A model generated the notes under the pieces. The model searched no databases. It saw nothing but the letters and a program-made list of their open reading frames with translations, and was not told where the DNA came from. Shown in pieces: positions 1-8,770 of a DNA stretch of 36,616 bases. The translations under genes and the position numbers were made by a program. Numbering within the stretch: position 1 is the stretch's first letter; every line of letters begins with the position of its first letter. The DNA comes from Candidatus Parvarchaeota archaeon (GTDB lineage Archaea > Nanobdellota > Nanobdellia > Parvarchaeales > Parvarchaeaceae): NCBI GenBank assembly GCA_027366075.1, contig DAHXLI010000028.1:1-36616 (forward strand), given 5' to 3'.

Positions 1-657
1 ATAGGTAGCATAGACGCTATAAAGAAAATCGGAGCTACAAACGGTATAGAAATAGGAAAAACAAAGATAGGCGAACCTTCAAAAAACGATATAACGACCG
101 CAAGACTGAATAATAATGTAATATTATGCTTTAATGTACCAATCCAAAGACAAACAGAAATACTTGCGAAGTCAGAAGCCGTCACTATAATAAACACCAA
201 TTCTATATACGAACTTTTTGAAAGATATTCTACATTTATACAGGATGTAAACAAAAGACGTTTTGAAGCACGCACCGCCAATCTAAGACTCCCGGCAAAG
301 ATAGTTTTTATAAAAGGGGATATTTTCAGGAGGTCTTCGCCATGCGTATTCGGTGTCGAAGTCTTAGGTGGCGAAATAAGAGCCAACTACCCACTTATTA
401 AGAAAAATGGCGAAAGAATCGGATCAATAGTCGAGATACAAGAAGGCGACAAGAAAAAAGTAGACCGAGCAGTCAAGGGCGAAAAAGTCGCCATAAGCGT
501 CGACAATGCGGTGTATGAAAGGAACCTAAGGGGCGGGGACGTCTTATACACAGATTTAGAGATACAGGACATGATAAAATTCAATGATGTCATAGATCTG
601 TTTACACCAGACTATCAGGAAATACTAAAGGAGATCCAGAAAATAAAGAAAATTTAG
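1..657 (+). CDS. infB: Translation initiation factor aIF5B/IF-2, C-terminal part (5' truncated by window)
   Basis: Not in ORF track. Frame 1 is open from base 1 to TAG 655-657: IGSIDAIKK...VILCFNVPI...LPAKIVFIKGDIFRRSSPCVFGVEVLGGEIRANYPLI...AVKGEKVAISVD...GDVLYTD, matching aIF5B domains III-IV. Confidence 0.9.
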   Translation: MGSIDAIKKIGATNGIEIGKTKIGEPSKNDITTARLNNNVILCFNVPIQRQTEILAKSEAVTIINTNSIYELFERYSTFIQDVNKRRFEARTANLRLPAKIVFIKGDIFRRSSPCVFGVEVLGGEIRANYPLIKKNGERIGSIVEIQEGDKKKVDRAVKGEKVAISVDNAVYERNLRGGDVLYTDLEIQDMIKFNDVIDLFTPDYQEILKEIQKIKKI

Positions 658-1481
658 CCCCAATTCTTTAGTGCATCTTCGTAAAGCGACATGTTGTCAC
701 AAGGGAACCACTGCCCAGAATATATGAAGCCGTAAAGTTTTCCTCTCTGCGCAAGTTTTGTAAGTAGCTCGGAGCTAATGTTTGATTCTCCGTCCGGTAT
801 CAGGGAGATGGCTAGGGGGTTTAGAAGATATATGCCGGCGTTGACTAGATTTGAACGCTGCTCAGTCTTCGGTTTTTCTATAAAATTCACTACTTTGTCC
901 CCGTCCATCTCCACGACACCGAATTGTGAGATGTCTTTCCGAGTTGTGACCGCTATCGTTGCGAGCGCTTTTCTTTTTTTGTGAAATTCGTACATTTTAG
1001 ACAGATCAAAATCGAACAAGTTGTCACCGTTTATAACGAATGAATCACTTTTGAATAAATTTTGGGCAGCCTTCACTGCACCACCAGTGCCAAGAGCTTT
1101 GCTTTCTTCTATATATCGTATATTTACCCCAAATTTCTCCCCGTCTCCAAAATGATCTCTTATCTTATTGCCAAGATAACCGATAGACAAAACGATCTCG
1201 GTTACTTCAGCTTCTTTTAATTTGTTTATTATATGTTCTAGGATAGGCTTTCCTTTTATCGGAATCATCGCTTTTGGTAATTCGTAAGTTAGAGGTCTAA
1301 GCCTAGTGCCCTTTCCGCCAGCAAGCACGAATGCCATCGGCCTTTCTGCAGGCTTAAAGTGGTCTCTCAAGATGGTCTCTACAGCATTAGAACGATTAGT
1401 TATGTCCGTACCGTCTACAAGCTTATCTACCTCGCTAAGAATATTTGGAGTTAGAGTTATTGTTACGCGCGCTTTCTTCAT
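654..1481 (-). CDS. N-terminal ribbon-helix-helix domain fused to NDP-sugar pyrophosphorylase (nucleotidyltransferase)
   Basis: aa1-42 RVTITL...EVDKLV...NRSNAVETILR fits a CopG/NikR-type RHH. It is followed by LAGGKGTRLRPLT..PKAMIPIKGKPIL, LGTGGA, NGD, FIEKP and NAGIY of NTP_transferase. Confidence 0.88.
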   Translation of the reverse strand: MKKARVTITLTPNILSEVDKLVDGTDITNRSNAVETILRDHFKPAERPMAFVLAGGKGTRLRPLTYELPKAMIPIKGKPILEHIINKLKEAEVTEIVLSIGYLGNKIRDHFGDGEKFGVNIRYIEESKALGTGGAVKAAQNLFKSDSFVINGDNLFDFDLSKMYEFHKKRKALATIAVTTRKDISQFGVVEMDGDKVVNFIEKPKTEQRSNLVNAGIYLLNPLAISLIPDGESNISSELLTKLAQRGKLYGFIYSGQWFPCDNMSLYEDALKNWG

Positions 1482-1510
1482 ACAAAGTATGAATATATCA
1501 TACTATTTAA
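1478..1510 (-). promoter_or_regulatory. TATA box plus palindromic operator upstream of the RHH-nucleotidyltransferase gene
   Basis: AGTATGA-N5-TCATACT at 1486-1504 and TCATAC-AAA-GTATGA at 1478-1492. Minus-strand TTAAATA at 1510-1504, about 23-29 nt before the ATG. Confidence 0.6.
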
Positions 1511-1526
1511 GGCTATCGTTTTTACA

Positions 1527-2669
1527 TCATCTTGTATCAAGTATGGTTTTTATGCCCCTGTCAAAATTCTTCAGAAAACTTTCGCTATCGTATCTAGGGG
1601 ATGCAATGGCCCCTTTTTTTAGTTTCAAATAAAGTTTCTTATCAACGATGCTGTCCAAAGCTTTCCCTATCTCTTTAGGGTCGGCATTTACAAGAAGGCC
1701 GTTTACGCCATTTTTTATAAATTCTTTAGGCCCGCCTTCGTCTACAGAAATGACCGGTTTGCCGTAACTCAGTGATTCTAGCGGCACAAGACCGGTGTCC
1801 TCGTTTATTGCAAGGAATATCGTTGCGTAGCAGTCTCTATAAAGCTCCTTAAGTTCTTCTTCTGATAAGTTCGTCTTTAAGATTATGTTCTTATCACTGC
1901 CCACGGCGGCTTCAAGCTCCCTAAAGTACTTTTTATCTTCTACAAAACCGCCAAGCACAAGTTTGAATCCACGTTTTGGCAGCTCAGACGCCCTAAAAGA
2001 GGCAACAGCTAGGTCCTGCCGCTTGTAGTTTATGAACCTACTGGGGTAGAATATAATCTTCTTATGAGTTACACTTCTGTGTACTTTCGAATAATCTGCA
2101 CACGGCCCTAGTTTTATTATGTCCGTAGCTTTGATAAGGTGGTAATCCAAGAGTCTGTTTCTTACTTCGTCACTTAAAACCATGGCGTATCTTATTTTTC
2201 TCCAAGCGCGTTTTTCTAGAAATCTATAAACATGAACCATCACGGGCAGAATCAAACGATACGTATAAGATTCATTTTTGTAATAATCATACATGCTATG
2301 CGCTGCACGAAGTGGAGTGTGCGTAAGTGCAATAGTCTTTTTGTGATGGTTTCTGAAGACCGCGAACTCCGTTATTCCCGCGGTCGATATTATAAAAGCG
2401 TCATATTTATCAAGGTCTTTTATTTCTGTAGCAAGAAGGTTACGGAATAATCTTAAACCTTTGGTAATAAAAGCGCCATCGCCCCGTTTCCCCACTTCAA
2501 ATATCTTGAAATTTTGAAGTTCTTTGAAAGTCTTTTCTTTTTGGTAAGAGAACGTGTATACGTCTATGTCATATTTCTTGTCCTTCAGCAAAGTCAATAC
2601 AACCCGCTCCGCCCCACCTTTGCTTTTTATCCAAGGCACCAATAGGGCAAGTCTTGGTTTTTTCACCAT
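1527..2669 (-). CDS. Glycosyltransferase family 4 (GT-B)
   Basis: GGAERVV near the N-terminus, SRFINYKRQDL, and EDTGLVPLESLSYGKPVI (ExxxxxxxE motif). Confidence 0.9.
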   Translation of the reverse strand: MVKKPRLALLVPWIKSKGGAERVVLTLLKDKKYDIDVYTFSYQKEKTFKELQNFKIFEVGKRGDGAFITKGLRLFRNLLATEIKDLDKYDAFIISTAGITEFAVFRNHHKKTIALTHTPLRAAHSMYDYYKNESYTYRLILPVMVHVYRFLEKRAWRKIRYAMVLSDEVRNRLLDYHLIKATDIIKLGPCADYSKVHRSVTHKKIIFYPSRFINYKRQDLAVASFRASELPKRGFKLVLGGFVEDKKYFRELEAAVGSDKNIILKTNLSEEELKELYRDCYATIFLAINEDTGLVPLESLSYGKPVISVDEGGPKEFIKNGVNGLLVNADPKEIGKALDSIVDKKLYLKLKKGAIASPRYDSESFLKNFDRGIKTILDTR

Positions 2670-2707
2670 ATTATTATGATTTACACTTCGAAGTATTTAT
2701 AATCCAA

Positions 2708-3418
2708 TTATGTGTAGAAGCAAGAAGGTGCTACGACATTGCCCCCCGTCTGCGTTGAGAAGACGTCTATTATCGCTTCTGGGGGGATGGTATTATGTAG
2801 ATATAATTCTCCTGTCGCCGCGCCACAGTTTGAGGTAGGATAAACACCCGAAGCGCCAATCGTGCTGTTTATGTATGCGCCAGCCGAAGTAAACATAGTT
2901 ATGTTATATGCGGCGGGAAAAGCGATATATTTGTTGTTGAAGATAGTGAGGTTGTAACACAGATAACTCCCGCTGTAAGAGTAAGAATAATTTATGTAGG
3001 TAACTGGAGAATCAAAGCCTATTTCGACTATGCCAGTCTGGTTATACCTGGCGTACATGACATAATTCCCAGATGTCGCTGGCAGTACACCTTCAAGCTT
3101 TACTTCCGCCCGGCCTATTGAAGAATATTGCGGAGACGTGATTTTTATATAGTCACCACAGAAAAACGAGTTTAGCGTCTGTATCGTAGGAAAATCTATC
3201 GTAAAAGAAGTCTTTGAACCTATCCCTTCCGAAAATACATAGTTTGCCTGCTGCACTATTGAACTGGTTATAGTTGATAACTGGTCATTATTAGACTCGG
3301 TTGTATAACTGGAGTAATAAACCAGCACGTACGCGATAAATACGGCGATTATGCTAAGCGCAATGCCGGTAATAACGAGATATTCCGTAGCGAATTGCGC
3401 CTTTTTATTTATATGCAT
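2708..3418 (-). CDS. Class III signal peptide (type IV pilin-like) protein
   Basis: MHINKKA/QFATEY + hydrophobic helix (Q+1, E+5), followed by an S/T/N/Y-rich extracellular domain. Confidence 0.75.
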   Translation of the reverse strand: MHINKKAQFATEYLVITGIALSIIAVFIAYVLVYYSSYTTESNNDQLSTITSSIVQQANYVFSEGIGSKTSFTIDFPTIQTLNSFFCGDYIKITSPQYSSIGRAEVKLEGVLPATSGNYVMYARYNQTGIVEIGFDSPVTYINYSYSYSGSYLCYNLTIFNNKYIAFPAAYNITMFTSAGAYINSTIGASGVYPTSNCGAATGELYLHNTIPPEAIIDVFSTQTGGNVVAPSCFYT

Positions 3419-3484
3419 CTTATACTTACTAATCGCGGAGATTTAAGACTTAAGTTAATTAGAATAAGTCTTTTTCCTAGACAT

Positions 3485-4204
3485 ATGAAAGAAATAATAA
3501 AACCGGTGCACCTCCAGCTAAAAAAAGGCGACGTATCAAAATGCGTTTTAATAACCGGTGATCCAGCTCGCGTAGCCGAAATATCAACGTTGCTAGACGC
3601 CCCGAGATTAATAAACACTTACCGGTATTGCGTTTACACGGGAAAATATAAAGGAAAAACTGTAACTTTAGCATCTCACGGGATGGGTGCACCATCTATA
3701 GCTATCGCGGTCGAGGAGTTACACGCGCTTGGGGGAGAATCGTTCATCAGATTTGGAACTTGCGGAGGCCTGACTAAAGGACAGAAAAGAGGCGATTTAG
3801 TAATCCCAGATTCGGCGCATTTCCTGAAGGGAGGAACTATCGGAGAGTACATCGGTAATTCAAATAAACCCGAAAAACCAGATCGACGACTTGAAAGCCT
3901 TCTCTTAAAGAATGTAAATGAAAGTGGTATAGCGTATACAAATGGTCCGGTATTTTCAATTGACGCCTTTTACAAGGAGAAGGAGTCGATTTCTAGGTTT
4001 AAAGGCGTTAATTTTGCCGGGGTAGAGATGGAATGTGCCACGCTTTTCATGCTGGCAAGAGTGCGCAAGTTTAAAGCGGCCGCGCTCCTACTGGTAGTTG
4101 ATAATCCAAGATATAACATGCCTTTTTTGCCTATACAAACAATACGTGAGCTCGGCAAAGATTCAGCGTCATTAGTGCTTGATACCTTGGCCGGCTTTAA
4201 ATAG
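3485..4204 (+). CDS. Nucleoside phosphorylase (PNP/UDP family 1)
   Basis: ITGDPARV, SHGMGAPS, IRFGTCGG, DAFY, GVEMECATL. The ATG at 3485 is preferred to the track start 3395, which overlaps the divergent gene. Confidence 0.92.
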   Translation: MKEIIKPVHLQLKKGDVSKCVLITGDPARVAEISTLLDAPRLINTYRYCVYTGKYKGKTVTLASHGMGAPSIAIAVEELHALGGESFIRFGTCGGLTKGQKRGDLVIPDSAHFLKGGTIGEYIGNSNKPEKPDRRLESLLLKNVNESGIAYTNGPVFSIDAFYKEKESISRFKGVNFAGVEMECATLFMLARVRKFKAAALLLVVDNPRYNMPFLPIQTIRELGKDSASLVLDTLAGFK

Positions 4205-4232
4205 ATATTAATATAGCATTGCATAAAGATTT

Positions 4233-4694
4233 GTGAAACAAAATTCAAAGCTACATATTAAAAGCAAAAGAATTGTTACCGATTTAGACGGAATTTACTT
4301 GCTTTTTTTTGGGTGGGCAGTCTTGGTCGTATTAATGGCCGTAATCGATGCATTTACGGTCGATCCAAATCTCAGGATATCTGCGTGGCTTGTGCTTTTC
4401 TTTGCCAGCACAGTATTCAGCGTATGGCTGCTTCTTTTGTATCCCGGCCCTTATAGGGACAGAAAAATAACTGCGACTATCGCTACAGTCTTCTTATCAG
4501 GGCTTTTCCTGGGCCTTTATAACGCCGTATGGCAGATATGCATGGGCATAAAACAAAGTCTTAACGTTACCCCGGTGCCTCTTTATCCGTTTCCTTTTAC
4601 CGTCTACGCTCCAGAATGGTATGGTATGATAGCATTAGGTTTCATTTTTATAGGCTTTTCTCTGTATCTACTGCATCTAGAAAAGCACCGTTAA
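4233..4694 (+). CDS. Hypothetical integral membrane protein (~4 TM)
   Basis: Four hydrophobic segments. The ORF fills the intergenic space and has a GTG start. Confidence 0.65.
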   Translation: MKQNSKLHIKSKRIVTDLDGIYLLFFGWAVLVVLMAVIDAFTVDPNLRISAWLVLFFASTVFSVWLLLLYPGPYRDRKITATIATVFLSGLFLGLYNAVWQICMGIKQSLNVTPVPLYPFPFTVYAPEWYGMIALGFIFIGFSLYLLHLEKHR

Positions 4695-4806
4695 AAAGAG
4701 TACCGTTGCTGCTATATATAGGGAAGATTTACTAAAAATCGGCATTTTTGAAAAACGATAACTTTATATACGCGTTTTAGTCAATATACCCTATATAAAT
4801 CTTACT

Positions 4807-5730
4807 ATGAAGGTAATTACAAGTAAATCAACCGCGAAATGCCCTTCGTGCGGCAGCGATTCGGTCTTTTATGATAAATCGACCGGTGAGTCGGTGTGCC
4901 AAAAATGCGGCTACGTTCTAGAGAGCGACATGATTGACTATGGTAGAGAATGGCGTTCGTTTGAAGATGAAAGAGACGAAGGCAAGGGAAGGATGGGCTC
5001 TCCTTTAAGTTATGCAAAGTACGATAAGGGTACTAGTACCGTAATAGGTAAAGCAAGCGAGTCCATAAAACTTTCGAATCAAAACAGGCGCACTTTCTAT
5101 AAACTAAGGAAATGGCAGCCAAGAATATCTACAGCATTCGAAAGAAACCTTAAGTTCGCACTTACAGAACTAAGACATGCAAGCAACAGGCTCCACGTCT
5201 CTAATGTTATACAGGAAGAGGCGGCTAAGATGTACCGAGAAGCCATAAGTCGCAGGCTTGTAAGGGGAAGATCCATGGAGAGCGTAATAGCTGGCGCATT
5301 ATACGCTGCTGCAAGGAAATACCAGCGGCCGATAACGCTTGATGAAATCTCCGAAACATTTAACGTCGAAAGAAAAGAGGTAGGAAAAGCCTACCGTCTA
5401 TTATGCAGGGAACTGGGGATAAAGATACTTCCCACATCTCCAAATGATTACATATACAAATTCGCAGCCGAGCTTAAGGTGTCTAATAAAACTGTAGCGG
5501 ACTCCGTAAAGCTCTTAAAAGAAGCAGAGGAGAAAGGGCTTACAAGCGGTAAAGGTCCTATGGGTATAGCGGCAGCGGTACTTTATGTAGCGACTTTGAT
5601 AAACAAGGAAAAAAAGACCCAACGTGATGCGGCGAAGGCGGCAGGTATAACCGAAGTAACAATAAGGAACCGCTACAAAGAACTTTATCAGGCACTAAAC
5701 TTAAGAGAAAGATTCAAGATAGAGGAATAG
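4807..5730 (+). CDS. tfb: Transcription initiation factor IIB (TFB)
   Basis: CPSCG...CQKCG Zn ribbon, EWRSF B-reader, RGRSMESVIAGALY, GITEVTIRNRYKEL. Confidence 0.97.
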   Translation: MKVITSKSTAKCPSCGSDSVFYDKSTGESVCQKCGYVLESDMIDYGREWRSFEDERDEGKGRMGSPLSYAKYDKGTSTVIGKASESIKLSNQNRRTFYKLRKWQPRISTAFERNLKFALTELRHASNRLHVSNVIQEEAAKMYREAISRRLVRGRSMESVIAGALYAAARKYQRPITLDEISETFNVERKEVGKAYRLLCRELGIKILPTSPNDYIYKFAAELKVSNKTVADSVKLLKEAEEKGLTSGKGPMGIAAAVLYVATLINKEKKTQRDAAKAAGITEVTIRNRYKELYQALNLRERFKIEE

Positions 5731-5734
5731 CCGC

Positions 5735-6250
5735 ATGAAAGACGTCAACTCGAGGCTAGAGATAATTCTGAGCGCTTACAACTCACACAGAAAAGTGGTC
5801 GATTACAGCGCACACATAGACCAAGTGACAAAAACCCAGACGAATTGCCAAGAATGCAAAAGGGTCTCGGGCGAGGTTATGAAAATGTACGCAGACAACG
5901 AACTGACAAATCCTTTGGACGCATTCCACGCAGCAATAATATTACATCACGGCATAGAAAACGAGTACGCCGTGGCAGCAAATGACCTTTGCAAATACGC
6001 AGTAGCTAGGCTCGGCGACAATCACAAAGATATCCGAAGCGCAAGGTGGCTTTATGCGGCCTCTTATGACAGGATGCTTGTTCACGATGGCAAGCTTCAA
6101 AAATTCGGCACACAATTCGTAAAGAACAAAGACGGCAAATTTGAACTGGCCACACCTATCGATTCAGCGACTACAGACGAAGAAAGGGCATGGTACGGAA
6201 TTCCGGCGATAGAAGAGACTCTAAAACGCTTATCCGAGTCATACAGCTGA
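5735..6250 (+). CDS. Hypothetical protein, DUF6624-like
   Basis: AAIILHHG...WLYAASYDRMLVHDGKLQKFGTQF...DEERAWYG resembles the DR-x6-Q-x-(Y/F)GTQ family (recalled similarity). Confidence 0.55.
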   Translation: MKDVNSRLEIILSAYNSHRKVVDYSAHIDQVTKTQTNCQECKRVSGEVMKMYADNELTNPLDAFHAAIILHHGIENEYAVAANDLCKYAVARLGDNHKDIRSARWLYAASYDRMLVHDGKLQKFGTQFVKNKDGKFELATPIDSATTDEERAWYGIPAIEETLKRLSESYS

Positions 6251-6257
6251 ATCCAGC

Positions 6258-7301
6258 ATGGAGCTGTTCAAGGAAGGGGCTATAAGCTTTTACGCCGAAA
6301 ACAAACAAACTAGGGATTCCGAGGTTTTCTTTAATCCCTCAAGGGATTTTGACAGGAGTCTAAACATTTTACTTTTCAAAGCACTCGACAGACACGATCT
6401 CACGGGGGTAGACCTATTCGGGGGAAGCGGGATTCGAAGCTTGAGGTTGGCCGCAGAGACCGACGCATTCAAGTCATTTAAAATAAATGACTTAAAGACG
6501 AGCAAAGTGATAAGGAAAAACGTGCTAAAAAACAAAAGCAAGATCCGAGCTAGAATAACGGTCACTTCATTCAACGCGTCGGACATTTATTCTATACAGG
6601 AAGGATATGATTACATCGATATAGACCCGTTCGGTTCGCCCGTAAGATACACGCTACAGGCAATGCCAAAGGTAAAGCGCGGCGGAATCATCGCTCTTAC
6701 AGCGACAGACACGGCCGCGCTTTATGGCAAAGCTAAAAAAGCATGCGCGTTAAAATATGGTTCAAGATCGTTAAAGACTAGTTATTTTAATGAAGTCGGT
6801 TTAAGGATACTAATAAAACGTGCAGAAGAAATAGCAAATCTTTATGAAAGGTCTGTTCACCCGCTGTTTTTTGATGTAAGGCGCCATTATATAAGGACTT
6901 ATCTTTGTGTCTCAAAGGCAAACATAACGAGAGATATAGGCTATATCTATCAATGTTCCAAATGTCCTAACAGAGTGCTGAAGTTCTCCGAAAAATGCTC
7001 ATTTTGCGCTTCGAAGAATATAGAGGTTGGGCCGTTATGGCTCGATAATCTTTTTGATAGGAAACTTGTAAGCAGAATGTTTGACATAGCTCAAGACGAA
7101 GACGCCAAAAAATATCTGGAGATGCTTAAGCAGGAAAAAGACAGCACATCATACTACACCACTACGGAGTTGGCGTCGTATTTAGGGGTGAGAGAGAAAA
7201 AGATAGGTTCGTTAGGCACAAGAACAGTCCTTAACGAAAAGGGTTTTAGATACGATAATGACTTTAAGAAACTGACGGAAGAGTATAAAAAATTAGAGTG
7301 A
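6258..7301 (+). CDS. trm1: tRNA (guanine-26-N2)-dimethyltransferase
   Basis: VFFNP...RSLNI, GSGIRSLR, IDIDPFGSP, TATDTAALYG, EVGLRIL, C-terminal Zn finger, GPLWL. Confidence 0.95.
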   Translation: MELFKEGAISFYAENKQTRDSEVFFNPSRDFDRSLNILLFKALDRHDLTGVDLFGGSGIRSLRLAAETDAFKSFKINDLKTSKVIRKNVLKNKSKIRARITVTSFNASDIYSIQEGYDYIDIDPFGSPVRYTLQAMPKVKRGGIIALTATDTAALYGKAKKACALKYGSRSLKTSYFNEVGLRILIKRAEEIANLYERSVHPLFFDVRRHYIRTYLCVSKANITRDIGYIYQCSKCPNRVLKFSEKCSFCASKNIEVGPLWLDNLFDRKLVSRMFDIAQDEDAKKYLEMLKQEKDSTSYYTTTELASYLGVREKKIGSLGTRTVLNEKGFRYDNDFKKLTEEYKKLE

Positions 7302-7547
7302 TTTAACATCCTTCGTTATCGCTTGTCCCGGCAGGCCGCGTCTAAACCTTGCAACTACTCGCCCATTGTCGCCGTGGGCCCTTGTTATCACTCCTTTTAT
7401 GGAAGTCTTCGAAAAGGTTACTTCTACCTTTTTACCGATATAATTTTTAGCCTCTTCGCGATTTTTAACATTATCGATCCTTAGTACAGCTTGCTGCAAA
7501 TTCTGGGTCTTTCTCCCCCTTCTGAAAGAAACTACTTTTATTGACAT
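7293..7547 (-). CDS. rpl35ae: 50S ribosomal protein L35Ae
   Basis: FRRGRKTQN...YIGKKV...GVITRAHGDNGRVVARFRRGLPGQA. Confidence 0.95.
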   Translation of the reverse strand: MSIKVVSFRRGRKTQNLQQAVLRIDNVKNREEAKNYIGKKVEVTFSKTSIKGVITRAHGDNGRVVARFRRGLPGQAITKDVKSL

Positions 7548-7550
7548 ATT

Positions 7551-8639
7551 TTATTGTGGCACTGGCTTCATGTATTTATTATCAACATTTGAATCTGTAG
7601 GCCTTAATAAGTCTTTATCTATCGCTGGCTTCGGCAGTCCTTTCTTTTCTCTTAGCCGTTCTATTATGCTAAGAACCTTATCGACTACTTCTTTCGTCGC
7701 TTTCATCTTTCTTGAATATTCGTCACCGGTTATACTCTTAAGTTCGCCGTGGTCGATTTTCTTAAACCACTTTATTACGTCTTCCACCTTTTCTACATCC
7801 TCTTTTGTAAGGACTTTTTCCCTTTCGACGGCGACCGCTAAGAGGTCTTTTCCCACCTCTTTTGGCACCGGCGGCAGGTATCCATATTCCATTAGTAGCG
7901 CTTGCCCGGCGGCTACGACAGCATTATAAAGGTCGAGCGAAAGTTTATTTGTGAGCACATTTTCCGCAAGCATCAATAGCCCTTCGGCATTTTCAATGTT
8001 CGAGTCTATAGATTCTTTTGTCGGGATTATATTCCCAGTCTTGTAAAGCATCTGTATTGGGACGAAATAGCCGGTATCGTATACTGCTACGCCGTCTCTA
8101 AGAAGCGTCAGTATCACAGGGTTTGGCTTTATTATCGAAGCCCAAAATTCGGATAATGGGTATGCCTGTGCGTGTATCTTATCGGAGAAATCCCTTGCAA
8201 TCTCGGCCATCTTGGTAAAAAGTCTATCTTTTAATTGCTCCAAAGTGAATTTTTGTATGTCGGTGTCATCTACTATGAAGGCCACGTCTATGTCAGAAGT
8301 GCTAGTCATCCCAGTCTTCGTCTTTGAACTCCCAAATATTATTATAGCTTTTATATATTTCCTAAAAAGACTCAAAACCCTCAAAAAATATGATCTTATG
8401 CTGTTTGCATCTTTTGTAGGGAGCAGTTTATTCAAAACGTCAAAAGACAAACCAGCAAGCTGCCCTGGCGGTTCTATATGTTCCGTTTTTCCGTCTTCGC
8501 CCACTTCTAAGCCTACAAACGAACCCATATAATCTACTCTTTCATTTAATTCGTCTATTTTAGCGGACAGTGCATCTATCGTAGAAAAAAGTCTATTAAG
8601 CGCTGCCTCGACGGGGTTTACATTTTCAGTTTGATGCAT
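7551..8639 (-). CDS. Coiled coil + minimal nucleotidyltransferase (MNT) + HEPN-like helical domain fusion
   Basis: FGSS...SDIDVAFIVDD (Pol-beta GS/DxD motif). C-terminal LYNAVVAAGQALLMEYG is HEPN-like. SD GGAGGT upstream. Confidence 0.7.
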   Translation of the reverse strand: MHQTENVNPVEAALNRLFSTIDALSAKIDELNERVDYMGSFVGLEVGEDGKTEHIEPPGQLAGLSFDVLNKLLPTKDANSIRSYFLRVLSLFRKYIKAIIIFGSSKTKTGMTSTSDIDVAFIVDDTDIQKFTLEQLKDRLFTKMAEIARDFSDKIHAQAYPLSEFWASIIKPNPVILTLLRDGVAVYDTGYFVPIQMLYKTGNIIPTKESIDSNIENAEGLLMLAENVLTNKLSLDLYNAVVAAGQALLMEYGYLPPVPKEVGKDLLAVAVEREKVLTKEDVEKVEDVIKWFKKIDHGELKSITGDEYSRKMKATKEVVDKVLSIIERLREKKGLPKPAIDKDLLRPTDSNVDNKYMKPVPQ

Positions 8640-8770
8640 AGTTTACCTCCAAAAGTTATCAATCTATTTATTTAACTCTATATTTATAATCGCTTATAAA
8701 CATTTCAAAATGATTTTAATTAAATAGGTTTTTAGCAGTTTATATATATCTCCTCATCAAATAAGATAAT

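Noticed and set aside
387..593. 68 aa minus-strand ORF
   Set aside because: Antisense to the aIF5B frame.
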